Source of the DNA: Capsulimonadales bacterium
GTDB lineage: Bacteria > Armatimonadota > Armatimonadia > Armatimonadales > Armatimonadaceae
Assembly (NCBI GenBank): GCA_033762295.1
Contig: JANRLW010000060.1
Location: 1 to 44,563 of the forward strand
Reading direction: 5' to 3'
Length of the DNA stretch: 44,563 nucleotides
Below, in pieces: positions 17,940-27,436 of this stretch; position 1 is the first letter of the stretch; each line of letters begins with the position of its first letter. A model generated the notes under the pieces. That model saw nothing but the letters and a program-made list of their open reading frames with translations. It was not told where the DNA came from and searched no databases. Position numbers and translations under genes: made by a program.

Positions 17940-18001
17940 AATGACAGGATTTCCGTGACATAACGACGGAATACACCTTTAAGGACGATTTAAGGACGCC
18001 C

Positions 18002-18784
18002 ATGGAACGCGAAAATATCCCGTTTTATCTGAAAAAACTCGGCGAGACGGTGGAGAACCGGGTCACGGAGGCCATTCGTGGCAAGGAGACCGACTCCGAA
18101 AAGTCGAATGCGCCGATGCCGCCGATGCGTGGCGACAACCAGGAATTCATGGAGCCGGACTGGGACGATCTGGATCGGAAGGCCGACCTGATCATCGTCC
18201 GCTACACCGCCGTTTCGGCGGTGATGAACATCCTGCCGATGCCCTTCGATGTCATGGGGGTCACCGGGACGTTCACGAAGATGGCGACCGAACTGGCGGG
18301 GGTCTACCAGGTGATCGTCTCCAACAAACGGGCGCGCCAGATGGGCTGGGCGATCGCGACCACGACCGCGTCCGTTCTGGGGATCGCATACGCCGGGTCC
18401 AAACTCGCGAAGATGCTGCCGGGCGGGTACTGGATCGCGACCGCCGCCCAGGCTCCCCTCGTCGGAGCGATCGCCTGGGCCGCGGGCGATGCGCTGAAGA
18501 ACTACTTCAAGCAGTGCCGTCAGGGACGCGAACCTTCCGTCGCCTCGCTGTCCGAGTCGTTCGCGCAGACGCTGCGTATCCGGCTGAAAAAAGCCTCTCC
18601 GGAGAAGACCGTAGCGACCGCCGCGGAAGCCGCCCCGACGACCGCCGCCGGAACGGTCACCGGCCCAATGGCGGTGGGCGATGTCGTGGAAAAGATCGCC
18701 GGACTGCACGAACTGTTGCGCGCCGGAGCGATCACCCAGGAGGACTTCGACCGCAAAAAAGCCGAACTGCTCTCCAAACTGTAG
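18002..18784 (+). CDS. DUF697-like membrane-associated protein with C-terminal SHOCT domain
   Basis: Hydrophobic core (NILPMPFD...ELAGVY); C-terminal IAGLHELLRAGAITQEDFDRKKAELL is a SHOCT motif. Confidence 0.75.
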   Translation: MERENIPFYLKKLGETVENRVTEAIRGKETDSEKSNAPMPPMRGDNQEFMEPDWDDLDRKADLIIVRYTAVSAVMNILPMPFDVMGVTGTFTKMATELAGVYQVIVSNKRARQMGWAIATTTASVLGIAYAGSKLAKMLPGGYWIATAAQAPLVGAIAWAAGDALKNYFKQCRQGREPSVASLSESFAQTLRIRLKKASPEKTVATAAEAAPTTAAGTVTGPMAVGDVVEKIAGLHELLRAGAITQEDFDRKKAELLSKL

Positions 18785-18847
18785 GCCGCTTGAACGGCTA
18801 CCGTTCCTGCGGCGGAAAAAAACGAACGAAGAGGGAAGAGAGGGAAG

Positions 18848-18891
18848 ACGCGCGGAGCGAGGCGGTGTGATGCCGCGTTCGTTCCGCGCGT
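18848..18891. terminator. Stem-loop between convergent genes
   Basis: ACGCGCGGAGCGA...TCGTTCCGCGCGT (one G-U pair). Confidence 0.45.
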
Positions 18892-18911
18892 TTCGACGTA
18901 ACGCCGCTTTT

Positions 18912-19766
18912 CTACTTTTCGCCGCCGCCCATCGCCATCGCGCCACCCATTGCGCCACCCATTGCCATTCCCATGCCGCCGCCCATGGTGACCGCATGAA
19001 CCGTCTCCGAGGAGGGCCGGGTCGTCGCGCAGGACGGGTCGATACCGCGCAGCATCATGCCCTGTCCGCGACTTTCGTGGGTGCGAACGGTCGGCGGGTC
19101 CGTCGGGTCCCGCATCTGGATCAGCAGGGTGGTACGCGCCTCGTTCGATTCGTTGATTCCCGACCCGTGGATCGTCAGGTAGGAGAAGAACAGGGCGTCT
19201 CCGGCGCGGGCGGGAAGCGGGAGGGCATCCGCGACCGGATACTCCTTCGGATCGAGATGCCAGCTGCCGTCGGCGATATGGGGCAGCAGACCGTTCTTAT
19301 GGCTGCCGGGAACGACCCGGACGCAGCCCTTCTCCAAAGGAGCGTCGTCGAAATGCACGATGGCGGCGATCATCGAGTGGCGATCGTGCGGGAAGAACGG
19401 CGCGTCCTGATGCATCGGGAACGGACTGCCCTTCTCCGGCGGCTTGACGAACGCCTTGGTATGGTGCAGCTGGACGTTCGGACCGATAATATCGGCGGCG
19501 ACGCCCGTAATCCGCTCGTCGACAATCAGGCGGGCGAACGCCGCGCTCTGGAACTGAACATCGTGGCAGTGTTGGAGAACCGTTCGCTTTTCGGTCATAT
19601 CGCGCGCCGCGCCCCAGGTCGCATCATTGCTCCGGAAGTGAGCGATCCGCTCCATCAGGTCGTGAATCTCCTGACGATAGGCGGTCGCCTCGTCCGGGGA
19701 GAGTAGCCCCCGAATCAGGATATAACCATTCTCCGCATAAAAATTTTTCTGCTCGTCGGTCAGCAT
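18912..19766 (-). CDS. PhyH family Fe(II)/2OG dioxygenase with Gly/Met-rich C-terminal tail
   Basis: MLTDEQKNFYAENGY, MHQD (HxD), GCVRVVPGSHK, LTIHGS...R; GGAGG RBS before ATG 19766. Confidence 0.93.
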   Translation of the reverse strand: MLTDEQKNFYAENGYILIRGLLSPDEATAYRQEIHDLMERIAHFRSNDATWGAARDMTEKRTVLQHCHDVQFQSAAFARLIVDERITGVAADIIGPNVQLHHTKAFVKPPEKGSPFPMHQDAPFFPHDRHSMIAAIVHFDDAPLEKGCVRVVPGSHKNGLLPHIADGSWHLDPKEYPVADALPLPARAGDALFFSYLTIHGSGINESNEARTTLLIQMRDPTDPPTVRTHESRGQGMMLRGIDPSCATTRPSSETVHAVTMGGGMGMAMGGAMGGAMAMGGGEK

Positions 19767-19903
19767 TGGCTTTACCTCCGCCCGGCGAGTCGGATGCTCG
19801 ATGCGGGCGTTTTCCCGGAAATACGTCGCCATTATAGGAAAAACCGGTGGGCGGCGCATTGCCGGTTCGTGTCGTCCTTTTGACGATTTGCGACACGATT
19901 CGC

Positions 19904-20836
19904 CTACCAGACAAGCTGTCCGACCGTTTCCGGGGAGGCGGAATGCAGCTTCGGGCCGCCGCCCTCCCGGCGGAACCGACCGGGAGGGCAGCCCAGGGTC
20001 CGGGTAAAAACGCGAGTGAAATGATGAATGTCCTCGTATCCGAGCAGAGCGGCGATCTGCTTGATCGGATCGTCGGTGCGAAGCAGCAAGGCGGCGGCCC
20101 GGTCCATGCGCGCGCGGGTGATGTACAGGGCGGGCGAGACGCCGACGAATCGCAGGAACAGGCGTGCCAGCTGACGCTCGGAGACGCCGAGGGCGTCGGC
20201 GACCTCCGAAACGGACAGGGGGCGGTCCAGGTGGTCGTGAACGTAGCGAACCGCCTGCCGAATGCGGACGTCGGAAGGTGCGTTTCCGTTCCGGTCGGCG
20301 GTCGTCGCCGAATCGCATCCGGCCTGCGCGATGGCGATCAGGAGCGCGGCCATGAGCGCGCGAAGCTGCGTTTCCATGCCAAAGGCGAACTCCGGGGCGT
20401 TCGACGCGGACTCGGCGGCGAGTCGAAGGCTATGCCAGAGCGACCGGGTAGTGCCGGAGGTGTCGGCATGAACGAGAACGGAGGAGCGGGCGAAACGATC
20501 GAAAAGGGAGTCCGCGCCGCCCGCCCGCGTACCGCCGGCGGTCCATTGAAAGCAGACCCAGTACAGTTCCATCCAGGGCTGGACGGTATTGACGATCTGA
20601 TGCAGGACGCCGGGACGGGCGAAGAAGAGGGTCCCCGGAACCAGGGAATACGGCACCCCTTCGACACGATAGAGTCCCTGGCCCCAGCCGTCGACGTAGC
20701 AGACCTCGAAATAGGTATGCCGGTGCGGAACATTATCCGCCAGATGCTGGCTGTAGGCCCAGCTGCGCGCCTCGATGGTCGCCTCGCCGAGGACGATACG
20801 TCCGGTGACGCGATTCAGACGTTCGATCCAGTTCAC
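19904..20836 (-). CDS. AraC family transcriptional regulator (cupin sensor plus HTH)
   Basis: PHRHTYFEVCYV cupin; VSERQLARLF and IAALLGYEDIHHFTRVFTRTLGCPPGRFR. GTG start overlaps the upstream stop (GTGA). Confidence 0.92.
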   Translation of the reverse strand: MNWIERLNRVTGRIVLGEATIEARSWAYSQHLADNVPHRHTYFEVCYVDGWGQGLYRVEGVPYSLVPGTLFFARPGVLHQIVNTVQPWMELYWVCFQWTAGGTRAGGADSLFDRFARSSVLVHADTSGTTRSLWHSLRLAAESASNAPEFAFGMETQLRALMAALLIAIAQAGCDSATTADRNGNAPSDVRIRQAVRYVHDHLDRPLSVSEVADALGVSERQLARLFLRFVGVSPALYITRARMDRAAALLLRTDDPIKQIAALLGYEDIHHFTRVFTRTLGCPPGRFRREGGGPKLHSASPETVGQLVW

Positions 20837-21642
20837 CCGGGCGAAACCGTATCCTTTTCCGTTGGCAGCGGCGCATCGAGCCAGGCCCGAAGCGCGGCGC
20901 GAAGACGGCGACCGTCCTGCAGGGTGGCGGACAGACGGGCGGCCTGATCGCGGGCAAGAAGCCACACGTGGGCGGACGTCCCGGCCAGACGGAGGCGTAC
21001 ATGCGCCCCGGTCAGGTCGCCCGGACTGCGCCGCAGGGTGACTTCGTCCGCGAGACGGTTCCGGGGAATAAGGACCTCCTGCCGCTCGCCCGCGAAGAAC
21101 AGCGCGTCCGGAGTCAGAACCAGAAACCCGACGTCGGGAGCGGGCATTCCGGCATCGCGCGTTTCCCGTGGCGAGGCGCGCAGTTCGACGAAGAAACGCG
21201 GTCCGTCGGGAAGTTCGACCCGCGTGAGGAAGCGGCGTTGCGCCTTCCGGTTGCCGATCATGGCCAGGTGATCCAGCGCGAGGTAGAGGCAACACCAGGT
21301 CGCCACCAGCGCGGAGAGCGCCGCCACATCCAGCGACCAGCCGGCGGTCGTCGCCGGATCGGTTTGTCCGCCGAAACGCCGGACCAGGGCCGCCAGGAGG
21401 CTCCCGCCCCGGTCCCATCCGAACGCCAGCGTCGCCGCCCCGAGAAGCGTGCGAAAGGTGAAGCCGAAAATCCAGACGAGCGGCCCCCCGGCGATGAAGA
21501 GGAGCAGGGTCATCAGGTGAATTGCCGCCTGATGCCGTCCGGAAAAAATCGGCCGCGGCCCGACGGTCCGTACCCGAATCGGGGGGCCGGACAGGACGGC
21601 GGGCGGCGACGGGTCGGACGCCTTTGACACTGTGGTCGCCAT
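20833..21642 (-). CDS. Hypothetical membrane protein
   Basis: 2-3 TM helices then a soluble domain (PDVGFLVLTPDALFFAGE); translationally coupled to the araC gene. Confidence 0.65.
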   Translation of the reverse strand: MATTVSKASDPSPPAVLSGPPIRVRTVGPRPIFSGRHQAAIHLMTLLLFIAGGPLVWIFGFTFRTLLGAATLAFGWDRGGSLLAALVRRFGGQTDPATTAGWSLDVAALSALVATWCCLYLALDHLAMIGNRKAQRRFLTRVELPDGPRFFVELRASPRETRDAGMPAPDVGFLVLTPDALFFAGERQEVLIPRNRLADEVTLRRSPGDLTGAHVRLRLAGTSAHVWLLARDQAARLSATLQDGRRLRAALRAWLDAPLPTEKDTVSPG

Positions 21643-21757
21643 GCTTAGTATTCTACCAAGCCTTTCGCGGGAAGGGAAAGCGGGACCCCGGAGTGAAAAT
21701 GAGGGAAGGTTCCGAAGTACGCTTCGAACCAACGCTTTAGAAACAGGACCAAGGACA

Positions 21758-22519
21758 ATGGCGGAAAAGATCCCTGTCGGCTTACAAATGTATACGGTTC
21801 GCGACGATGCCGCGAAAGACTTTGCCGGGACCGTCAAGACGATCGCCGAGATCGGTTATGCGGGCGTGGAACTCGCGGGCTATGCGGGCCTGACGGCGGC
21901 GGAGGCAAAGAAGGTTCTCGATGACAACGGTCTGGCGGTATTCGGCGGTCACGTCGGTTACGACCAGATGACGAACAATCTCGAACAGGTCATCGACGAA
22001 TTTTCGGCGTTCGGAGCGAAGTATGTCGCCGTGCCGTGGATCGGCAACGAGTGGCGGAACTCGCTCGATGACTATCGCCGCCTGGGCGCGGCGCTCAACG
22101 AGATCGGCGCAAAGTTGACCGCCGCCGGAATCACTCTCTGCTACCATAACCACGATTTCGAGTTCAACCGCTTCGGAGGCGACGTCTACGGGTTCGACGC
22201 TCTGTTCGCGGCGGCCGAACCGGCGAATCTCCAGGTGGAGATGGATACCTTCTGGGTCAAGAAGGCGGGCGAAGACCCCGTGGCGTACGTCACGAAGTAC
22301 GCGGGCCGCCTGCCGCTGGTGCATCTGAAGGATATGACCCCGGACGGCGACTTCGCGCCGGTCGGCGAGGGAACGATCGATTACATCGCCCTCACCGGCG
22401 CGGCGGAAGCGGCCGGGACGAAATACTTCATCGTCGAACAGGATGTCTGCAGGACACACCCGCCGCTGGAGTCCGTTCGCATTTCCTTCGAAAATCTGAG
22501 AAAACTCGGTAAAGTCTGA
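21758..22519 (+). CDS. Sugar phosphate isomerase/epimerase (xylose isomerase-like TIM barrel)
   Basis: VGLQMYTVRD, GYAGVELAG, YHNHDFEF, EMDTFW, HLKD, IVEQD; AAGGA RBS. Confidence 0.93.
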   Translation: MAEKIPVGLQMYTVRDDAAKDFAGTVKTIAEIGYAGVELAGYAGLTAAEAKKVLDDNGLAVFGGHVGYDQMTNNLEQVIDEFSAFGAKYVAVPWIGNEWRNSLDDYRRLGAALNEIGAKLTAAGITLCYHNHDFEFNRFGGDVYGFDALFAAAEPANLQVEMDTFWVKKAGEDPVAYVTKYAGRLPLVHLKDMTPDGDFAPVGEGTIDYIALTGAAEAAGTKYFIVEQDVCRTHPPLESVRISFENLRKLGKV

Positions 22520-22540
22520 GTTTAAGGGTATAATGAACGG

Positions 22541-22575
22541 AAGGGCAGGAGATGACGCGATTTCCTGCCCTTTTT
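22541..22575 (+). terminator. Rho-independent terminator after the isomerase gene
   Basis: AAGGGCAGGA...TCCTGCCCTT followed by a T-run. Confidence 0.6.
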
Positions 22576-22591
22576 CGTCGCATGCGCGAAT

Positions 22592-24355
22592 ATGAGGAGG
22601 AGCGGTTCGATTATGCTGGGGACGATGCGCTTGTGTCGCCGCATGGTATCGGCGACGTTTCGACATCCGGCCGCGCGGTTCGCGGTCGCGTTGAGCGGTC
22701 TGTGTTTTCTGACGGGTCCGATCCGGGCGCAGGTCTATGTCACCTCGGACACCACCCTGGATACGGAAATCAACGATCTGGTGATTGTCGGTGAGGATAG
22801 TTTCGGTCTGCCCTTTCCGGGGGTGCAGGTCGGGGTGGTTACCGGCGCTCGACTGACGGCCGGTTTGAATGCGTTTAATGCCAGCACCATCGACATGACC
22901 GGGGGAATTCTCGATACCGTGCTGGCGCGCGACAGCGCCGTCAATATCTCCGGCGGGTCGGTCGAGTTCACCCTGGAAGGGATGAATTCGGCGATTTCCG
23001 TCTCCGGCAACGCGAACGTCGGCAATATTCTGGACGATTACGCCAGCTCCCTCACCGTGAGCGGTGGCGCTCTGGGCTATGCGGTTCTCAGGGGAACCGC
23101 AACCATCACGGGCGGAACGTTCTCCGACACGTTCGCGACGCTGGAAGCGCGGGGAAACGGCGTCGTTTCGGTCGAGGGAGGTTCGTACGCCTCCGGGTTC
23201 CTGGTCTTCGATAACGGAACGCTGACGGTTCGCGGAAGCGGACTGGCATCGTCGGTTCTGGAAACGGGCATCGCCCACTACGATGCCAGTACCACGCTGA
23301 ACTACCTGGCGAACCGCTACTCGCTGCAGGGAACGCTGGCCGACGGAACGGCGATCGATACCGAAGTGCAGCTGGCGGGCGGAGTGACCGGGAACGGTGC
23401 CGCCCTCACCTTTTCCGGCATCGCGACGGGAACGCTCGCTCCGGACCTGTATGTGACGGCCGATGGCAACGTTTCCGCCGTCCTGAACGATGTTTATGTC
23501 GGAGTCAATCAGGCCAGCACGCTCCTCACCAGCCCGACGGTAATTGTCGATGGCGCCGCCGACCTCGCTCGTCTCACGGCCTTGAACTCCAGCCAGGTGA
23601 CGGTCTTCGGCGAGGTACGGGATACGGTGTTCGCCCGGGACGGCAGCCATGTCGATATCCGCTCCGCGCTCGGGGCGGTGATTGCCGGCGTCGCGGTGTC
23701 CGACAGCGCCTCCGCCACCATCCGGAGCGGGAACGTCGATAATCTGAGCGTTCGCGATACGGCCTCGGTGGTCGTGTCGGACGGCGGTATTCTCGTCCTC
23801 TCGGCGTCCGGACTGTCCGATGCGACGGTCAACGGCGGAGTGATCGACCGGATCGTCGCCCAGGAAAACGCCCTGGTTTCCATAAACGGCGGTTTCGTTG
23901 AAGAAGCCGTCGCCTACGATACGTCGGTCATCGAGGTCCGCGGAGGATCGATCGGGGAACTGGTCGCGGTCGGCGCGACGATCACCATGACCGGCGGGAC
24001 GGTCGCCAACAGCACGCTCGTCAACCTGCGGGATACGTTCGGTCAGTACGGCCTTTTCCAGTTGCTGGGCAGCGATTTCGTGGTCGGGACGAACGGCGTC
24101 GAAGGAACGTATGACGACGGCAACCTGGTATGGTCCGGCGTCTACTGGACCCTGACCGGACGGCTGCTGAACGGCGATATCCTGGATACGCGTTACTTTG
24201 AGGCGGACGGGGAACTCGTTCGTCCCCGGTTCCGGTTCGAGGAGGGCTATCTGCTGCTCGGACGGATCTCCGCGCCGGAACCGGGCTCGCTGGCGTTGCT
24301 CGGGTTCGTCGGTCTGCCGGTTCTCACCCGGTTTCTGCGCCGGTCGCGCCGTTAG
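22592..24355 (+). CDS. PEP-CTERM surface protein with two tandem beta-helix-like modules (start codon uncertain, 22592-22643)
   Basis: Signal peptide ending IRA-Q; repeated xIxGG beta-strand units; C-terminal SAPEPGSLALLGFVGLPVLTRFLRRSRR. Confidence 0.85.
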   Translation: MRRSGSIMLGTMRLCRRMVSATFRHPAARFAVALSGLCFLTGPIRAQVYVTSDTTLDTEINDLVIVGEDSFGLPFPGVQVGVVTGARLTAGLNAFNASTIDMTGGILDTVLARDSAVNISGGSVEFTLEGMNSAISVSGNANVGNILDDYASSLTVSGGALGYAVLRGTATITGGTFSDTFATLEARGNGVVSVEGGSYASGFLVFDNGTLTVRGSGLASSVLETGIAHYDASTTLNYLANRYSLQGTLADGTAIDTEVQLAGGVTGNGAALTFSGIATGTLAPDLYVTADGNVSAVLNDVYVGVNQASTLLTSPTVIVDGAADLARLTALNSSQVTVFGEVRDTVFARDGSHVDIRSALGAVIAGVAVSDSASATIRSGNVDNLSVRDTASVVVSDGGILVLSASGLSDATVNGGVIDRIVAQENALVSINGGFVEEAVAYDTSVIEVRGGSIGELVAVGATITMTGGTVANSTLVNLRDTFGQYGLFQLLGSDFVVGTNGVEGTYDDGNLVWSGVYWTLTGRLLNGDILDTRYFEADGELVRPRFRFEEGYLLLGRISAPEPGSLALLGFVGLPVLTRFLRRSRR

Positions 24356-25433
24356 CGTGGTGGGCGGAGGGGACGACCGGGACGGACGTTCCCTCCGCCA
24401 TTTCCAGCAGGCGGCGTACTTTCCGGTTCAGGTCGAATTTGCCGCACTGTTCGCATCCGGGGACGAACCGTCCTTCGCGCAGCCTGACCCGGATCTCCTG
24501 CCAGCGTTCGCTGTGCCACAACTGAGTGAAGGAGGTTTCCTGCAGGGAACCGATTCGGAGACGAGGGAACTGATTGCAGCAGTAGAAGACGTCGGCGTTC
24601 GCGGTGATCCGGGCGTAGTAGTGTCCGGCGTAACAGCCGGTCGTCGCGATCGGAAACTCGGTCGGGGTCGCTCCCGACAGTTCCGCGATCAGGGTATCGA
24701 AATTCGCGGAGACGTCGCGCCGGTCCGCCCGTTCGATCAGGGCCGCCACCTCGGAGCGCAGAGCATCCCGACGTTCCCCGGTCAGGGCGATCGAGCGCGT
24801 ATCGTCGGTCGCGCTCATCAGTTTGAACTGAATCGATGCCCCCAGCTCCCCGGCCACGTCGATGACCTTCGGAAGCGCGTCCGCATTCACCGAACAGATG
24901 ACGAACACCAGTTTAACCTTCGTTCCACCGGACGCCATACGCGCCAGCAGGGAAACCAGTCGGGGGAAGTCGGCGGCGGTCCGGTTCGGGTGAAACGCGA
25001 CGTAACTTTCCGGGTCGCCGCAGGAAAAGTTCGCCAGTAGGGTGTCGATCCCGATCGCCGCCAGACGTTCCGGGTCACGGGCAAGCGTCAGGTTGGAGAT
25101 AAGCGTCACCTTCAACCCGGCATCTCCGGCATCGCTCAGGATCGCCTCCGCTTCGGGGTGTGCCAGCGGGTCGCCGCCGCCCGTGAAGATGGCTCGTTCG
25201 GTACCGAGGGTTTTCGCCTCCCGGAACAGATCGGCGAGGAGCGTACGGGAGAGACGTCGCCGCATCCATTCCGCGGACGGGCGTTCGGCGCGCAGAGCGG
25301 AGTACGTCCAGCAGGTGATGCAGTTCAGATTGCAGGCGTTCGTCAGGGCGATCCCGAGGCTCTCCGGCCCCAGGGTCGGCGGACGATGCTCCCGTACCTC
25401 GCGCAATCGGATCTTCGCCGGGGAGGTGACCAC
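24324..25433 (-). CDS. Radical SAM protein with C-terminal SPASM/twitch domain
   Basis: CNLNCITC, FTGGGDP, C-terminal CYAG...DVFYCC...IGSL...CEQC. Confidence 0.9.
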   Translation of the reverse strand: MVTSPAKIRLREVREHRPPTLGPESLGIALTNACNLNCITCWTYSALRAERPSAEWMRRRLSRTLLADLFREAKTLGTERAIFTGGGDPLAHPEAEAILSDAGDAGLKVTLISNLTLARDPERLAAIGIDTLLANFSCGDPESYVAFHPNRTAADFPRLVSLLARMASGGTKVKLVFVICSVNADALPKVIDVAGELGASIQFKLMSATDDTRSIALTGERRDALRSEVAALIERADRRDVSANFDTLIAELSGATPTEFPIATTGCYAGHYYARITANADVFYCCNQFPRLRIGSLQETSFTQLWHSERWQEIRVRLREGRFVPGCEQCGKFDLNRKVRRLLEMAEGTSVPVVPSAHHANGATGAETG

Positions 25434-25450
25434 GGGGATTTGCGAACCGG

Positions 25451-25984
25451 TTACCGCTTCACCCAGGTCTCGCCATTAAGCGAGTAGGTTTCGGTGAAGT
25501 TGCCGTCGTCGTTCGGGGAGACTCGCCGCTTGATCTTGCCGTCCTTTGAAATGTCCCAGCGTTCATCGTCCTTCTTGTTGCCGTCGTAGTCGATTTTGAC
25601 CCGGTTCCAGGAGTCGAAACCCTTATCCTTATCGCAGCGGAACTCCGCCTTGATGCCACCTTCCTTATAGACCCATTTCACGGTGTCTCCACTGGTCTGC
25701 CCGTTGGAAAGCGGCTCCTTCCGCATCCGAAGGATCGCCCGGTGGACTTCGGTGAAGGCGGCGGTATCTCCCGACACCTCTCCGGGCGCAGGGGCGGCGT
25801 TTCCGTCGGCGGACGGCGCGGGCGCGTTGTCGACCGGAGCGTTATTCGATGCGGTCACCGGCGCGGCCGGTTCGGGGTTCTGCGCGGCGGGCGTCTGCGC
25901 CCGACAGCCGAGCCAGACGAGCGGGGCGGCAATCAGCAGGGCGATCGCAGCGATACGCAATTGAGCGAATGTTTGGTATTTCAA
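25451..25984 (-). CDS. Putative lipoprotein / exported protein with Pro-Ala linker and Asp-rich C-terminal domain
   Basis: Hydrophobic signal ending WLGC (lipobox-like); KIDYDGNKKDDERW and SPNDDGNFTE. TTG start overlaps the GT stop (TTGA). Confidence 0.7.
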   Translation of the reverse strand: MKYQTFAQLRIAAIALLIAAPLVWLGCRAQTPAAQNPEPAAPVTASNNAPVDNAPAPSADGNAAPAPGEVSGDTAAFTEVHRAILRMRKEPLSNGQTSGDTVKWVYKEGGIKAEFRCDKDKGFDSWNRVKIDYDGNKKDDERWDISKDGKIKRRVSPNDDGNFTETYSLNGETWVKR

Positions 25985-27435
25985 TGGTGGGTGCCTTCCG
26001 AAAAGGCCAGCGCCTTCTCCGTAATTTCGTCGATACGGCTATCTTCGGCAATGTCTCTGATCCTGCGCAGGGCGGTCAGGGCGCGGTCGAATCGAATCTG
26101 CCGTTGTTGAGACTCCCGAAGGTAACGAAGAGTTGCCGCCAGCACTTCGTCCGCCCGGTCCGGCGTCATCGGCTCGGAGTACTTCTCCCGGATCAGGCGC
26201 GCCGCGCCCAGGAAGACGTGTTCGGGAATGTCCCGGCGTCGAGCCTCCGTCAGCATCTCCGGATCGCATAGAAGCGACGCCTGCTCGGTCGGTTCCTCCT
26301 CATAGATGAGGGACAGAATTTCCTCGGCGGCCCGCAACGCATGGTTGGTCGGGACCAGCGAAGCGGCGACGCGCGCCGCGTCGGCGTTGCGCTCCGGCTC
26401 CAGCAGTTCGGAAAGGGCGGCGGTCAGCGCCTCGACCGTTCGTTCGGGCAGGGAGACGCCCGCACCGGCGGCGACGCACCGGGCGACCCGCCGCTCCTGA
26501 TCGTCGTGGGACCGTGGTTGCGGCAGGAAGACGCAGGGAATGCCGCAATGCATCAGTTCGTTGACCGAATTGAACCCACCTGCCGTGACGGCCAGATCGA
26601 ACGCCCGGAAGTACTCCATCATTGTCTGCCGGTAGGACCAGACGACGTTGGCCGCCGGGTATTCGCGGCCGCGATACAGCGTTCCCGCGCCGATCAGGAA
26701 CCGCACATTCGGCATCCGCTCCGCCGTTTCGATGACCATCCGGAAGATCGTTTCCGCCGACGTATCGCCGCCGCCGCCGGTCGAAACGTAGACGACCGCG
26801 CCCGTTTCCGGCAGTCCGAGGGCGAGACGGGCATCGGCACGCGTCAGGATCTCCGACGCCGATCGGATCAGAATCTCCCCGACCGACACCGCGCGTTCCC
26901 CGGTCCCTTCCGGCAGCGGCGAGCCGTGCTCACCCTGCTCCGCCGGCAGGAGGATTCGGTCGTAGCCCCGGAGCGCCGTCTGAAAGGCGGGCTGCAGGGC
27001 GGCTTCCGGACGGACGGCCCGGTAGATAAAGACATTCTTCTGCCCGAAATCCAGAACGTCATACAGTTCATGGAAACTTCCGGAAGGGAAGGTATCCACG
27101 ATCAGAATATCGGGGGCGATCAGGTTGATCGCGTTCCATACCCATTGCTTTCCGATTTTCCGGTAGCGGGCCGGGTCCAGTCCGCAGGAGCCGACAATCC
27201 CCCGCGCCGGAATCTTGAAGGCGGCGAAGTCGTGGGCGAAGGCCAGCGAGTCCGCCTCGGAGGAGGTGAGAAAGGTGATTTCGGCCGGATGCGGGGCGAG
27301 CAGAGCCGACAGACGGCGCAGCTGCCGGTTGATCGCGAGGAGCCGGGTCAGATGGCCGAGCCCGAGCCCGTTGATCGCGTAGTTGAGGATGCGCAGGGGC
27401 GGAGCGTCCCTGCCCCTGCCGCCGGCTGCGGGCAT
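25981..27435 (-). CDS. GT-B glycosyltransferase (GT28 C-terminal/MurG-like fold)
   Basis: NGLGLGHLTR, PDILIVDTFP, VSTGGGG, AGGFNSVNE, DDQERR. Confidence 0.85.
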   Translation of the reverse strand: MPAAGGRGRDAPPLRILNYAINGLGLGHLTRLLAINRQLRRLSALLAPHPAEITFLTSSEADSLAFAHDFAAFKIPARGIVGSCGLDPARYRKIGKQWVWNAINLIAPDILIVDTFPSGSFHELYDVLDFGQKNVFIYRAVRPEAALQPAFQTALRGYDRILLPAEQGEHGSPLPEGTGERAVSVGEILIRSASEILTRADARLALGLPETGAVVYVSTGGGGDTSAETIFRMVIETAERMPNVRFLIGAGTLYRGREYPAANVVWSYRQTMMEYFRAFDLAVTAGGFNSVNELMHCGIPCVFLPQPRSHDDQERRVARCVAAGAGVSLPERTVEALTAALSELLEPERNADAARVAASLVPTNHALRAAEEILSLIYEEEPTEQASLLCDPEMLTEARRRDIPEHVFLGAARLIREKYSEPMTPDRADEVLAATLRYLRESQQRQIRFDRALTALRRIRDIAEDSRIDEITEKALAFSEGTHH

Positions 27436-27436
27436 C

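Noticed and set aside
21782..23650. 622-aa minus-strand ORF (likewise 41874-43721, 38140-39753, 27383-28894, 39108-40685)
   Set aside because: They overlap recognisable genes on the other strand or frame and have Arg/Gly-rich nonsense composition.
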